A stretch of 41,454 nt of DNA from an uncultured Candidatus Peribacteria bacterium. GTDB taxonomy: Bacteria; Patescibacteriota; Gracilibacteria; UBA1369; LOWO2-01-FULL-3. Shown one piece after another: positions 7,082 through 16,796 of this stretch. The notes beneath the pieces were generated by a model. That model worked only from the letters and a program-made list of their open reading frames with translations. It was not told where the DNA came from and searched no databases. Position 1 is the first letter of the stretch. Each line of letters begins with the position of its first letter. The position numbers were made by a program, and so were the translations under genes. The DNA lies in contig CAZCLD010000006.1 in NCBI GenBank assembly GCA_964499425.1, forward strand, positions 1 to 41,454, read 5' to 3'.

Positions 7082-10000
7082 CTACCATTTTGAGAAAGTT
7101 TTACGATAGTGGTCTTCCAGTGTAGGAATGTTAGTTTTGATCAAATCTTTGATTGTGAAATTTTGGTCTTCAGTGGTTACCCCGATTTTCTGGTGTAGTC
7201 TATCGAAATGTTCTTCGAATTCTTTTTGGCGTTTTGGATCTATTGTTACTATGAATCGGGATTGTGATTCAGAGAAAAGATAGTAGTCCTCACGGAAAGG
7301 TAGTTTCCCTAGATCTAAATCCATTCCGAGTTGTCCAGCAATTGCCATTTTTGCTAGTGCGATGCCTATTCCTCCTTGGTTTGGGCTCAAGGCAGAAGAA
7401 ATAAGGCGTTTTTCTGTCGCATCCGCAAATTTTTCGTAGAGGACCTTTGCTTTTTCAGCATTTACTTGTGGTATTGAATTGCCAATCAAATTGTGATGAT
7501 CCAAGTATTCGCTTCCGCCGAGTTCTTCCTTTGTTTCTCCAAGAATATAAACTAAATCCCCGGGGATTTTTGGGTCGAGTGATATTGATTTTGTTATATC
7601 AGAGATGATTCCTATTGAGGAAATGAGGAGAGTTGGAGGTACTGATATTTTGATTGCTTCTCCTTCTTTGTTGAATCCCTTGAAATCGTTAAACATTGAG
7701 TCTTTTCCAGAAATGTAAGGGGTGCCGTATACAACTGCATAGTCGTAGCAGGCTTGTGCCGCGGCTTTTAGTTCACCGAGTCTTTGTTCTTCGTTTGAGC
7801 TGCACCAGCAAAAGTTGTCCATTAAGGCGAGATGGTTGAGTGTTCCTCCTGTTGCGATTATGTTTCTGATTGCTGTATCTATGGCGCATGCTGCCATGTG
7901 ATATGTGTCGATGAAAGAATAGTTAGCGTTGATTCCTTGGGAACAGATGATTCCCTTGGAGCTTTCGGGAAAAGGTTTGGTTACTGAGCTCATGGCATTT
8001 ACGCGGCCTTTTCCCTGGAGTGGTTTAACGACTGATCCGCCTTGTACATTGTGGTCGTATTGGGTTGTTATGAATTCGTAGCTTGCTATGTTGGGACGCT
8101 CGAGCATTTGATGTAATGCGTTTGTCAAATCTGGAACACCAAAGTCGGGATCTTTATGTTTGGTCTTTTTGTAGACGGTTTTAAGTGTCTTTGGGGGTAG
8201 TCCGTCGTGGAGGAAATCCATTTCAAGGTCCATGATTGTTTCACCAGTGTGGTTTACGATGCATCTTTTTTCATCTGTAAATTCTCCAATAACTTTTGAT
8301 TCGACTCCTCTTTTTGTCATGAGCTCTTGAAACTTTTCTAACTTATCTGCCGGTACTGCAAGAGTCATTCTTTCCTGTGATTCGCTGATCCAAATCTTCC
8401 AAGGCTCTAAATTAGGATATTTGAGAGGTACTTTTTCTAGATCTACAACGCAACCACCGCATTCTTTGGCCATTTCTGCAACTGAGCATGATATCCCACC
8501 AGCTCCACAATCTGTGATTGAGTTGTACAGTCCAAGATCGCGTGCTTCTTTGACTATGGCGTCAGAGAGCTTTTTCTGTGTTATTGGATCTCCAATTTGG
8601 ACTGCTGTTGCAGGGCTTCCTGTTGATAGTGCTTCTGAGGAAAAGGTTGCTCCGTGGATCCCGTCTTGTCCTACTCTTCCGCCTATCACAACTACTTTGT
8701 CGCCTGGTTTTGCAGATTTCTCTGAGCTTGGTTTTCCGTTGATTTCCTTAGGTATCAAACCAACTGTGCCAACAAAAATTAGTGGTTTACCTTTGTAATC
8801 TTTGTGAAAGAGGACAAATCCTTGTGGAGTTGGTATGCCGCTATTGTTCCCACCAGAATTTACACCCTCGACTACGCCCTCAAGGATCCTTTTTGGTGAG
8901 AGCATGGGGTTTGTTAGCTCTTTGTCTCGATAGATTGGCTCACTATCGTCGGGGAGTCCTACGCAAAACCCATATTTATTAATAATTGGTTTCGCTCCCA
9001 ATCCATATCCAATACAATCACGATTTACACCGACTATCCCTGTTATTGATCCCCCGAATGGATCTAAGGCCGAAGGGCTGTTGTGTGTTTCTGCTTTATC
9101 GGTGATTACCCAATTCTCATCGAATACAATTCCGCCAGAATTGTCGGAAAACACTGAGACACAAAAGTCTTTATCTCCTTTTGCTTTACGTATTTCTTGG
9201 GTAGCTTTTTTTATGTAGCCTTTGTATAGGCCCTCTTCATTATCATCGATTTTTGCTGCAAAAATGGTGTGTTTGCAGTGTTCAGACCAGGTTTGTGCTA
9301 AGGATTCAAGCTCTATGTCAGTTGGATTTCGACCTTCTTTTTGGAAGTAGGCCTTGATTGTTTCTAGATAATCTTTTTCTAGAGCGAGTGGTCCTCGACG
9401 AGTGCCATCTTCGTTGGGGATGCCTTCTTTTCCTAGTTTTAATAACTCTTCTTTAGGAATATTGAGATTGACTTCATCTGCTTGAGGGTGAGATTTGAGA
9501 TGAACTTTGGGGACTACAGTGTCCATTCCTCGTTCTTCTGCAAATTTACTGTGTTCTTTGATGAATATGCTTTGAATCAGGTCGTTAGCAAGGGCTTTTC
9601 CAATTTTTTCGGTGTCCTCCTTGTTGATGTTTCCCTTAATGAGAATGAGAGTAGAGCTGTGAACACTTTCCAGGTTCTCAAATTCTGTTTTGAGAAGTTC
9701 TTCGATGCTTTCTTTTGCGGTGTTGGCGACGTTATCTGTTACTCCGGGAAGAAAACCAATCTCGAGTGCAAAATCAAAGCTGGATTGATCGTGGTCATCA
9801 ATGCGATAATCTTGAGTTACTGGGTTTGAAAGCATCTGTGCCACTGCTTTGATCTCTGATTCCTTCAAATCTTTGTTGAGTGTATATACCTCAATTACTT
9901 TTGCGCTTGATACATCAAATCCGAGGCCGCGTATTTTTTCCTGCATTACCAGCGATTTGGAGTCGTTAACAGTGGTGAAAACTTCGATTCGGTGTGCCAT
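7082..10000 (-). CDS. purL: FGAM synthase PurL with N-terminal tandem PurS-like domains
   Basis: QTWSEHCKH, KAETHNSPSALDPFGG, DCGAGG, ISESQERM, QYDH, ISGKDS; about 170-aa N-terminal extension with LSNPVTQDY and FLPGVTD. Confidence 0.95.
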   Translation of the reverse strand: MAHRIEVFTTVNDSKSLVMQEKIRGLGFDVSSAKVIEVYTLNKDLKESEIKAVAQMLSNPVTQDYRIDDHDQSSFDFALEIGFLPGVTDNVANTAKESIEELLKTEFENLESVHSSTLILIKGNINKEDTEKIGKALANDLIQSIFIKEHSKFAEERGMDTVVPKVHLKSHPQADEVNLNIPKEELLKLGKEGIPNEDGTRRGPLALEKDYLETIKAYFQKEGRNPTDIELESLAQTWSEHCKHTIFAAKIDDNEEGLYKGYIKKATQEIRKAKGDKDFCVSVFSDNSGGIVFDENWVITDKAETHNSPSALDPFGGSITGIVGVNRDCIGYGLGAKPIINKYGFCVGLPDDSEPIYRDKELTNPMLSPKRILEGVVEGVNSGGNNSGIPTPQGFVLFHKDYKGKPLIFVGTVGLIPKEINGKPSSEKSAKPGDKVVVIGGRVGQDGIHGATFSSEALSTGSPATAVQIGDPITQKKLSDAIVKEARDLGLYNSITDCGAGGISCSVAEMAKECGGCVVDLEKVPLKYPNLEPWKIWISESQERMTLAVPADKLEKFQELMTKRGVESKVIGEFTDEKRCIVNHTGETIMDLEMDFLHDGLPPKTLKTVYKKTKHKDPDFGVPDLTNALHQMLERPNIASYEFITTQYDHNVQGGSVVKPLQGKGRVNAMSSVTKPFPESSKGIICSQGINANYSFIDTYHMAACAIDTAIRNIIATGGTLNHLALMDNFCWCSSNEEQRLGELKAAAQACYDYAVVYGTPYISGKDSMFNDFKGFNKEGEAIKISVPPTLLISSIGIISDITKSISLDPKIPGDLVYILGETKEELGGSEYLDHHNLIGNSIPQVNAEKAKVLYEKFADATEKRLISSALSPNQGGIGIALAKMAIAGQLGMDLDLGKLPFREDYYLFSESQSRFIVTIDPKRQKEFEEHFDRLHQKIGVTTEDQNFTIKDLIKTNIPTLEDHYRKTFSKW

Positions 10001-10070
10001 TTATGAGTTATGAGATGCCCTTCGTCTTGAAGATAACATCAAGCGAAGGCTATGGCAAGAGCCTAAAAAA

Positions 10071-10079
10071 TGGTATAAT
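10071..10079 (+). promoter_or_regulatory. extended -10 (TGgTATAAT) 8 nt upstream of ATG 10088
   Basis: Direct sequence match. Confidence 0.6.
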
Positions 10080-10087
10080 ACCGGGAC

Positions 10088-11611
10088 ATGTCTATAGCTC
10101 AACCACACATAGAAGGATCTGATGGACTCAAATTTTTTCAACCAGAGCAGGTTGAGGATTTGGTGTTGGAAGCTGAAACTTTAAATGATAGGTATCAGAG
10201 TTTTGAAGGTGAAGTTAAGGAGGTCTTTTTGAAAAGAGGAATTTCCAGTTTGGAGCAAATTGTTTTGAAGTTGCCGCCTATTTTTCAGGATGATATGGAT
10301 GCGTTTGTTGATAATATGAAATTTTTTGAAGCGAAAATTGTTGGAGAATTTGGTGCCTTGAATGATCTTGCCATTGAAAGCGAGACTAGATTTTCTGAAT
10401 TGAAGAGAGAACTGGATTCTGTGAAAGCCAAATTTGCAAGGGATGAGCTTGAGCTTGAAAGGCAGATCTTGCGGTTGAATGACGAAATTGATGCTTTGGA
10501 TAAAAAATACCAAGAGATTTCGACGAGAATGGAGGCGTTGGGAAGAAAAATGTTCGTATGGAAGAAAGGCGCAAAAAGGGAGGGGATTAGAATAGAAGGA
10601 TCGAAGATTTTTAAGAAAAGGAGAGCTAAGAAAAAACAGCGTAGTGCGAGGCAGTCTGAAAAAAATGCCTTGCAACATGATTTTGACGAGGAAGGATATC
10701 GCCTGGGACGTAAAATTGATTTGTCAGAAGAGGAGTTTATAAGTAGAAAAGTGGCTGTTTCGGAAATGCTTCTAAGACTTTTGGATGAATTGAGGCATCT
10801 TATGGAGACTATTTTAAAATCTTTGAAGTATCTAGAGAATGGGGGGAATTTAAATGGGGTTGATATTACGGTGATTGATACAAGGGCTAGAGTTCAGGCT
10901 TTTTTGGCTGAAGCTGAAGCCGGGCTGGATATGCACGAAGACGGATTTGAACTTCTGGATGCTTATGAGGCTGATGCTTCGGAGCTTTTTGCGATGACTG
11001 ATGATCCTGGGCGTCATAATCAAGATAGTTATGAGTATCTTGTGGATTCTGAGCGGAGAGAAGGTCCGACTAGACTGTATACTGGACAGATATTGGAAAC
11101 TGAAAATGATTCTTTTACTAATCAATTTGTCTCTTGTGCTCTTGTGGAGGTGTTTTCTCCGAATTCAAACAAACATGTGGCTTTTCATCTTCCGCCGACA
11201 TTTAAAACAAGTATCCTTACGAAGACTGCTGATTTTAAAACATACGGGCCGGGTTTTTTTTACAAGAAGTTACAGGCATTTGTTGAGGCCGAAGGTCTTG
11301 ATTTCAAAGATTTGGAGGTAAAGGTGGTTTCAGGAGTAACTGTTCCACCAGATGAGATTATTGCTAGTTTTACTGCGCTAGGGTTGAGGAATGAAAACAT
11401 GCAAATAGTCCAGGTGCCCTTACAGAACTTTGCTGCAATGACTTTAGCTGCTCAAAAAAGGATTTTGCTTCAGGGTGAGAACGTTGATTTTGTTGATAGT
11501 TATAATTGGGAAAAAGAGGCGGGACGCATTTTTTATACTGTAGGAGGTAGAAATGGCAGGGGATATGCCTATAAGAATACTGGGGAAAAGAGGAGATTTG
11601 TAATTAGTTAG
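10088..11611 (+). CDS. coiled-coil protein with C-terminal CheD/CNF1-like cysteine deamidase domain (putative)
   Basis: Heptad-rich N-terminal half; T-x4-SC350-x16-H367-LPP and later DLEVKVVSG match CheD spacing. Confidence 0.6.
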   Translation: MSIAQPHIEGSDGLKFFQPEQVEDLVLEAETLNDRYQSFEGEVKEVFLKRGISSLEQIVLKLPPIFQDDMDAFVDNMKFFEAKIVGEFGALNDLAIESETRFSELKRELDSVKAKFARDELELERQILRLNDEIDALDKKYQEISTRMEALGRKMFVWKKGAKREGIRIEGSKIFKKRRAKKKQRSARQSEKNALQHDFDEEGYRLGRKIDLSEEEFISRKVAVSEMLLRLLDELRHLMETILKSLKYLENGGNLNGVDITVIDTRARVQAFLAEAEAGLDMHEDGFELLDAYEADASELFAMTDDPGRHNQDSYEYLVDSERREGPTRLYTGQILETENDSFTNQFVSCALVEVFSPNSNKHVAFHLPPTFKTSILTKTADFKTYGPGFFYKKLQAFVEAEGLDFKDLEVKVVSGVTVPPDEIIASFTALGLRNENMQIVQVPLQNFAAMTLAAQKRILLQGENVDFVDSYNWEKEAGRIFYTVGGRNGRGYAYKNTGEKRRFVIS

Positions 11612-14288
11612 TCCCGCAGCATTTTTTGTATTTTTTGCCGCTTCCACATGGGCAAGGGTCGTTTCGGCCTACTTTCCCGACTTGAGTGACTGGTTCCCGG
11701 GTAGCTTGGCTGACTTTGACTACAACGGGGTTATCTGAATCTGCGCTGTCCATGGTGCTTCGTGTCACTGTACCTGGTTTGGCAGTTGTGACTCTGGTAT
11801 GCCCGGATAAGGGGGCGGATACTTCATCCTCGTTTGTGCGCATTTGTTTGACTTCGCTGCGTGCCATCATGGCTTGAGGAATTACCTTTTCCGGTTCGAT
11901 CTTAAAAAGTGTGTTTATTGTATTATTTTGTATCATCCCGAGCATCTCTGTGAACATTTGGTACCCCTGGGATTTGTATTCTGTTAGAGGGTCTTTTTGC
12001 GCGTATCCACTGAATGCTACGTTTTCTCTCAGTTGGGTCATTGAGTCGATATGTTCCATCCAGAGTACGTCATTTGCTCTTAGGAATACCGCTTTTTCTA
12101 CTTTTCTCATTAACTCGGGTTCGGGGAGTTCTTCTTCCCTTTTTTTGTATGTTTCGTCGAGATATGTTTTGGCTTTTTCTACTAGTTTGTCCTGTGTTTT
12201 TATTGATTCTAAATCTTCTAATTTGAGCGGTTTATCTCTGTCTTTGTGAATGGCATTTAGAGCTTCCCAGATTTCTTTGTAATCCCAATCTTTTGGTGGT
12301 CTGGCCTCTGTGTGGTTAAGGACTATTCCTTCGGCGGTTTCATCTATCATTTCTTGAATTTCTTCTTTGTTTTCGTCTTTTGAGAGAAATTTTTGTCGTC
12401 TTTTGTAAATGACATTTCTGTGAATGTTCATGATATCGTCGTATTCTACTAGGTGTTTTCTGATGTCGAAATTGCGACCTTCTACTTTTTTCTGAGCACT
12501 TTCAATCGAACGACTGATCAATTTGTTTTGGATAGGCATGTCTTCTGGAACCTTCAGGAGTGTCATCATGTTTTTGATTTTGTCTGCTCCAAAAAGGCGC
12601 ATGAGAGTATCTTCCATTGAGGCGAAGAATTGGCTTGCACCAGGGTCTCCTTGACGTCCGGAACGACCTCTGAGCTGATTGTCTATGCGTCTGGATTCAT
12701 GTCGTTCAGTTCCAAGTACGTATAAGCCACCGAGTGCTTTTACTTCATCGTTAATTTTAATGTCAGTACCACGCCCCGCCATGTTGGTGGCGATGGTTAC
12801 AGCACCTTTCTTGCCGGCGTTGCTAACGATTTCAGCTTCTCTTTCGTGGTGTTTAGCGTTTAGAACGTTATGAGGGATTCCTTCAAGTTTCAGAAGTTTG
12901 CTAATTAGCTCAGATTTCTCAACTGAAATTGTACCGACGAGCATTGGTTGTCCTTTTTTGTGTAATTCTTTGATTTCTTCAACTATCGCTTTGAATTTGC
13001 CTCTCTGTGTTTTGTAAATCACATCTGTCATGTCGTCTCGTATGACTGGTTTGTTTGTTGGCATGACGAGCGTTTCCAATCCATAAATTTGGTAGAATTC
13101 CTCTGCTTCAGTTTCTGCTGTACCGGTCATCCCTGCTAATTTATCGAATAGCCGAAAGTAGTTTTGGAAAGATACTGTTGCTAGAGTTTTGGATTCACGT
13201 TTTACTTCGACGTTTTCCTTAGCTTCGATGGCTTGATGTAAACCTTGAGAATATCGACGACCTGGCATTAGGCGTCCTGTGAATTCATCGATGATGACAA
13301 TTTCACCTTCTTTAATCATATAATCTACGTCGACTTTGTAGCAGGTTAATGAACGAAGGGCTTGTTCGATGTGATGTACTTCTGCAAATCCTGCTTCGGT
13401 GTAGATATTTTCTATGCCTAGAAGTTCTTCCATTTTTGCTATTCCTTCCTCTGTTAGTGTTGCTGTTTTGCCTTTCTCGTCTATGTCGTAGTGAGTGTTT
13501 TCTTTTAGTTGAGGAATTAATTTTGAATATTTTTGATATTTAGAAGTGGATTCTGCGGCTGGTGCGGAAATGATGAGCGGTGTACGTGCTTCATCAATCA
13601 GAATGGAGTCGACTTCATCCACTATGGCGTAATGGAGATTTCTTTGTACTACGCGCTCAGGGGTAGTTGCCATATTATCGCGGAGATAATCAAAACCAAA
13701 TTCATTGTTGGTTCCGTAGGTGATGTCAGCGTTATATGCTGCCTTTTTCTCTTCGTGAGACATTCCGTGTGCTGATACACCAACTGATAGTCCAAGGTAG
13801 TTATAGAGGCCTCCCATCCATTCTGCATCACGATGTGCGAGATAATCATTAACAGTTACTAGGAAGACGCCTTTTTCTGTGAGAGCGTTTAGATAAACAG
13901 GCATTGTACAAACAAGGGTTTTTCCTTCACCTGTCTTCATTTCGGCAATATTCCCCTGATGAAGCACAACACCTCCAAGGAGTTGGACGTCGTAAGGGAT
14001 CATCTCCCATTTAGTGTCTTTTTCTCGAACTGGCCAGCTTTTTCCCATCAAATGACGACAGGCTGTTTTTACTAAAGCGAAAGCCTCTGGGAGAATGTCA
14101 TCGTAGGTTTCTCCATTTTTCAGACGTTCTTTGAATTCATTGGTTTTTGCGAGAACGGCCTTTTGATCTTTGATTGTTTCTTGGTATTTGGCCTCGATTT
14201 CATTGATTTTTCCTACTAGTGGACGGATTTTTTTCAGTGCTTTTTCGTTCTGGTCTCCTAGTAATTTCTTGATGGCTTTTTTGAACAT
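11604..14288 (-). CDS. secA: preprotein translocase ATPase SecA
   Basis: AEMKTGEGKT, IVDEVDSILIDEARTPLIIS, ATNMAGRGTDI, SEC-C GRNDPCPCGSGKKYKKCC. Confidence 0.99.
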   Translation of the reverse strand: MFKKAIKKLLGDQNEKALKKIRPLVGKINEIEAKYQETIKDQKAVLAKTNEFKERLKNGETYDDILPEAFALVKTACRHLMGKSWPVREKDTKWEMIPYDVQLLGGVVLHQGNIAEMKTGEGKTLVCTMPVYLNALTEKGVFLVTVNDYLAHRDAEWMGGLYNYLGLSVGVSAHGMSHEEKKAAYNADITYGTNNEFGFDYLRDNMATTPERVVQRNLHYAIVDEVDSILIDEARTPLIISAPAAESTSKYQKYSKLIPQLKENTHYDIDEKGKTATLTEEGIAKMEELLGIENIYTEAGFAEVHHIEQALRSLTCYKVDVDYMIKEGEIVIIDEFTGRLMPGRRYSQGLHQAIEAKENVEVKRESKTLATVSFQNYFRLFDKLAGMTGTAETEAEEFYQIYGLETLVMPTNKPVIRDDMTDVIYKTQRGKFKAIVEEIKELHKKGQPMLVGTISVEKSELISKLLKLEGIPHNVLNAKHHEREAEIVSNAGKKGAVTIATNMAGRGTDIKINDEVKALGGLYVLGTERHESRRIDNQLRGRSGRQGDPGASQFFASMEDTLMRLFGADKIKNMMTLLKVPEDMPIQNKLISRSIESAQKKVEGRNFDIRKHLVEYDDIMNIHRNVIYKRRQKFLSKDENKEEIQEMIDETAEGIVLNHTEARPPKDWDYKEIWEALNAIHKDRDKPLKLEDLESIKTQDKLVEKAKTYLDETYKKREEELPEPELMRKVEKAVFLRANDVLWMEHIDSMTQLRENVAFSGYAQKDPLTEYKSQGYQMFTEMLGMIQNNTINTLFKIEPEKVIPQAMMARSEVKQMRTNEDEVSAPLSGHTRVTTAKPGTVTRSTMDSADSDNPVVVKVSQATREPVTQVGKVGRNDPCPCGSGKKYKKCCGTN

Positions 14289-14334
14289 AGTGAGCAGATA
14301 TTAACACTGTTTTGTAGTTGTTCTCAAGAAAAAC

Positions 14335-14362
14335 TTGACATATGGGAAAAAATTAATAAAAT
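14335..14362 (+). promoter_or_regulatory. near-consensus sigma70 promoter for ORF 14392
   Basis: TTGACA-16 nt-TAAAAT. Confidence 0.6.
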
Positions 14363-14391
14363 AGGCAACTAATTACTTAATTTATTAAATT

Positions 14392-14691
14392 ATGACTAGA
14401 TTAGAAATCAAAAGTGCTGCACCGAGTTTGCACGAGGCAGGCGTTGGTAACAGAGCTGTTCGTGACTGTTATGTCCATGTACCATCGGAGCGTGCAAGCC
14501 TTCAAGATCTTGAGGGGTTTGCCACTGCGAGGTCTACGAATGGTACAAGTAGAGTTGATAGTACTGCTGGGAGTGTGGGGGCTCAAGTTGCAGGTGCTGT
14601 TGATTTGGAGCTTGATCAGGATAGGCAAGAAGGATGGGGGATTGATGAGGAGACTTTTGAGCAGTTGAGTGGGACTAGGGTGGAATTCTGA
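14392..14691 (+). CDS. small hypothetical protein, probably disordered
   Basis: 99-aa ORF filling the gap, with its own promoter and plus-strand-like codon usage. Confidence 0.65.
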   Translation: MTRLEIKSAAPSLHEAGVGNRAVRDCYVHVPSERASLQDLEGFATARSTNGTSRVDSTAGSVGAQVAGAVDLELDQDRQEGWGIDEETFEQLSGTRVEF

Positions 14692-16119
14692 TTACTCCTT
14701 GTAACCTTTGAGAATCACTCCTATTGTTCGGAAGATGATCCTGAGGTCGCGTAAAATGGACCAATTCTCAATATAAAAGCGGTCGAGTTTGACTTCCTCC
14801 TCAAAGGAGAGGTCGGACCGGCCGCTTATTTGTGGTAGGCCAGTCAGTCCTGGTTTGATTGTTAGGACGAAATGATGGTGTTTTTTATAATTTGCTACTT
14901 CTTCGGGGAGGTGTGGGCGGGGACCTACCAGGCTCATGTTTCCGATTAATACATTCCATAATTGCGGAAGTTCGTCAATTGAGTAACGCCTGATGAATTT
15001 CCCAACTTCTGTAACTCGGGGGTCTTCCTGGATTTTCACTAATGGGCCGTCGCTCCTTGTGTTTTTATGCGCAAGATCTCTGTAGCGTTTTGAGTGTGTA
15101 TTGGCTTGCATAGAGCGGAATTTGTAGAATTTGAAGAGCTTTCCTTTTTGTCCGACTCTTTTTGCGGGTTTGCCATCATCGAGTTTTGAAAAGAGGATTG
15201 GGCCTTTAGAATCGATTTTTATAGCAATTGCGCTGATGAGGAAAACCGGGGATAGAATGATGAATCCAAATATTGAACCAATAACATCTAAAATCCTCTT
15301 GTTGACTTTGCCCCAGCCGTCGAGAGGCGTTGGTTTGAGGCTTATGATAGGGATTCCTCCAATTGTGTTTGTGCTTATGTTTGTACGTCTAACTTCTATT
15401 AAATCGGGTACGAATCTGTAATGAATGTGATTGAGTTCACAAAATTCAAGAATATCTTGATCCTGAGTTTCGGAATCCGATTGTGTCTGAATCACTTCAT
15501 CAACATTTCTTCTTCTGAGGATTTTCTCTAATTGTTTGATTGCACCAAAAACTTTGAGATCTGTTTTTGGTTTTCTATTACCAATGAGTCCCAATATTTT
15601 GTAGCTTGAGTCTTTTAAGAGGCATTGATTTAATTCTTCTGTGATGTTGTTGTTGCCGATGAATACAAGTCTTCTTTGTCCTATACCTATGCTTAAAAAA
15701 TAGATTTGGACTATTCGTATGAGTGCGCGGCCGGCAAGGACGAAAATGAATGTTAGTGCCCAACCGTAGAAGAGTGCGAGTCTGGAATAGGGAAAGGTCC
15801 TAGTAAAGAAGAAGTAAGTGATTATAGCCATGACCCATATCCCGCAAAGGGTTGTTGTTCTGCGGGTTTCTTGTGAGAATTTTGAAGTTAACTTGAGGCT
15901 GTATAGTTTCCCTAGTGCGAAAATGATAATTAGTGCAGTTGCAGCTGTGAGGCTAAATTTGAGGTATTCTGTGGTGCTTGGTAGGACGCTGTAGTCGATG
16001 GCTTTGGTTAAAGGCTCGGTGTAGATGCGAAGTTTGTAAGCTGCTAAAAACGCTAGGACCGTCATTAGAAAGTCGGTAGGGATTTTTATTATGCCGAAGA
16101 AGATTTCAAAGCGTTTCAT
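14692..16119 (-). CDS. undecaprenyl-phosphate priming sugar transferase (WcaJ/WbaP-like)
   Basis: 4 N-terminal TMs, [56 protein letters not shown]. Confidence 0.93.
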   Translation of the reverse strand: MKRFEIFFGIIKIPTDFLMTVLAFLAAYKLRIYTEPLTKAIDYSVLPSTTEYLKFSLTAATALIIIFALGKLYSLKLTSKFSQETRRTTTLCGIWVMAIITYFFFTRTFPYSRLALFYGWALTFIFVLAGRALIRIVQIYFLSIGIGQRRLVFIGNNNITEELNQCLLKDSSYKILGLIGNRKPKTDLKVFGAIKQLEKILRRRNVDEVIQTQSDSETQDQDILEFCELNHIHYRFVPDLIEVRRTNISTNTIGGIPIISLKPTPLDGWGKVNKRILDVIGSIFGFIILSPVFLISAIAIKIDSKGPILFSKLDDGKPAKRVGQKGKLFKFYKFRSMQANTHSKRYRDLAHKNTRSDGPLVKIQEDPRVTEVGKFIRRYSIDELPQLWNVLIGNMSLVGPRPHLPEEVANYKKHHHFVLTIKPGLTGLPQISGRSDLSFEEEVKLDRFYIENWSILRDLRIIFRTIGVILKGYKE

Positions 16120-16127
16120 GAATTATG

Positions 16128-16133
16128 ATTATA
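16128..16133 (-). promoter_or_regulatory. -10 box 8 nt upstream of the sugar transferase ATG
   Basis: TATAAT on the minus strand. Confidence 0.5.
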
Positions 16134-16136
16134 GGT

Positions 16137-16658
16137 GCTCTTAGATGAATTCTCATAAGCCGAGTTTTGTCGAGGTGATCATCTATCTTTGGTTGTTTGG
16201 CTGACCCTGATGGGTCCACGTTTTACAACTCTTGCAGTGGGAAGATCTAATCTACATTTGGTGGAAGATAGATCTTTCCATCCCACCTTGCACCTCCTAG
16301 GGTTTACCACCTCCCTCATAAATGTGGGAGACCCACCTGAGGTGGGCTTTTCACCTTTGGGTAGCAATAGGGTTTTCCTAAACTTTTGTTGAGATTTGCT
16401 GTGCCTGACCGGCACAAATCTCTCGAAAGTTTTCCTTCGCCTCCGCCAATGTTCGCGGAGCTCACATCGGCTATGGCTACGGATCGGAAAACTCGCTACT
16501 TAGTATAGTCTCTGTGGCACTTTCCCTTCCTTAAGCCTTTTAATCGGACTTAGGTGGCTCGCTGTTAGCGGCTAGGATTTACCGTGGTGCTCGGACTTTC
16601 CTCTACAAGTTGCGAAAAATCGTCAACTCATAGCGATCACTCAAACTCATCCAAGAGC
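16137..16658 (-). ncRNA. rnpB: RNase P RNA (type A-like), about 520 nt
   Basis: GAGGAAAGUCCGAGCAC, AAAGUGCCACAGAGA, GGUGAAA, GGUAAACCC, 3' ACAAAACUCGGCUUAU; about 16-bp P1 joining the ends (GCUCUUGGAUGAGUUU/GAAUUCAUCUAAGAGC). Confidence 0.96.
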
Positions 16659-16665
16659 AGGCGTT

Positions 16666-16693
16666 ATTATAGTGTTTATGTTCAATTTTGCAA
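16666..16693 (-). promoter_or_regulatory. rnpB promoter
   Basis: TTGCAA-16 nt-TATAAT ending 7 nt before the P1 5' end. Confidence 0.7.
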
Positions 16694-16796
16694 TCAATTA
16701 TTGGCTTATTCTCGCTAAAATGGCATCTTGCTAATTGTAACGACATGTTGTAGCTTGCGTATTATAAGTCTGGTATTTAATTGCTAATTTTCTCCT

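Noticed and set aside
5239-14691. Shared secretion-signal helix among the three orphans (VIDTRARVQAFL, VDSTAGSVGAQV, MNNQARNDLSGDL)
   Set aside because: Similarity too weak to support by eye
16179-16415. Short ORFs on both strands
   Set aside because: They lie inside rnpB
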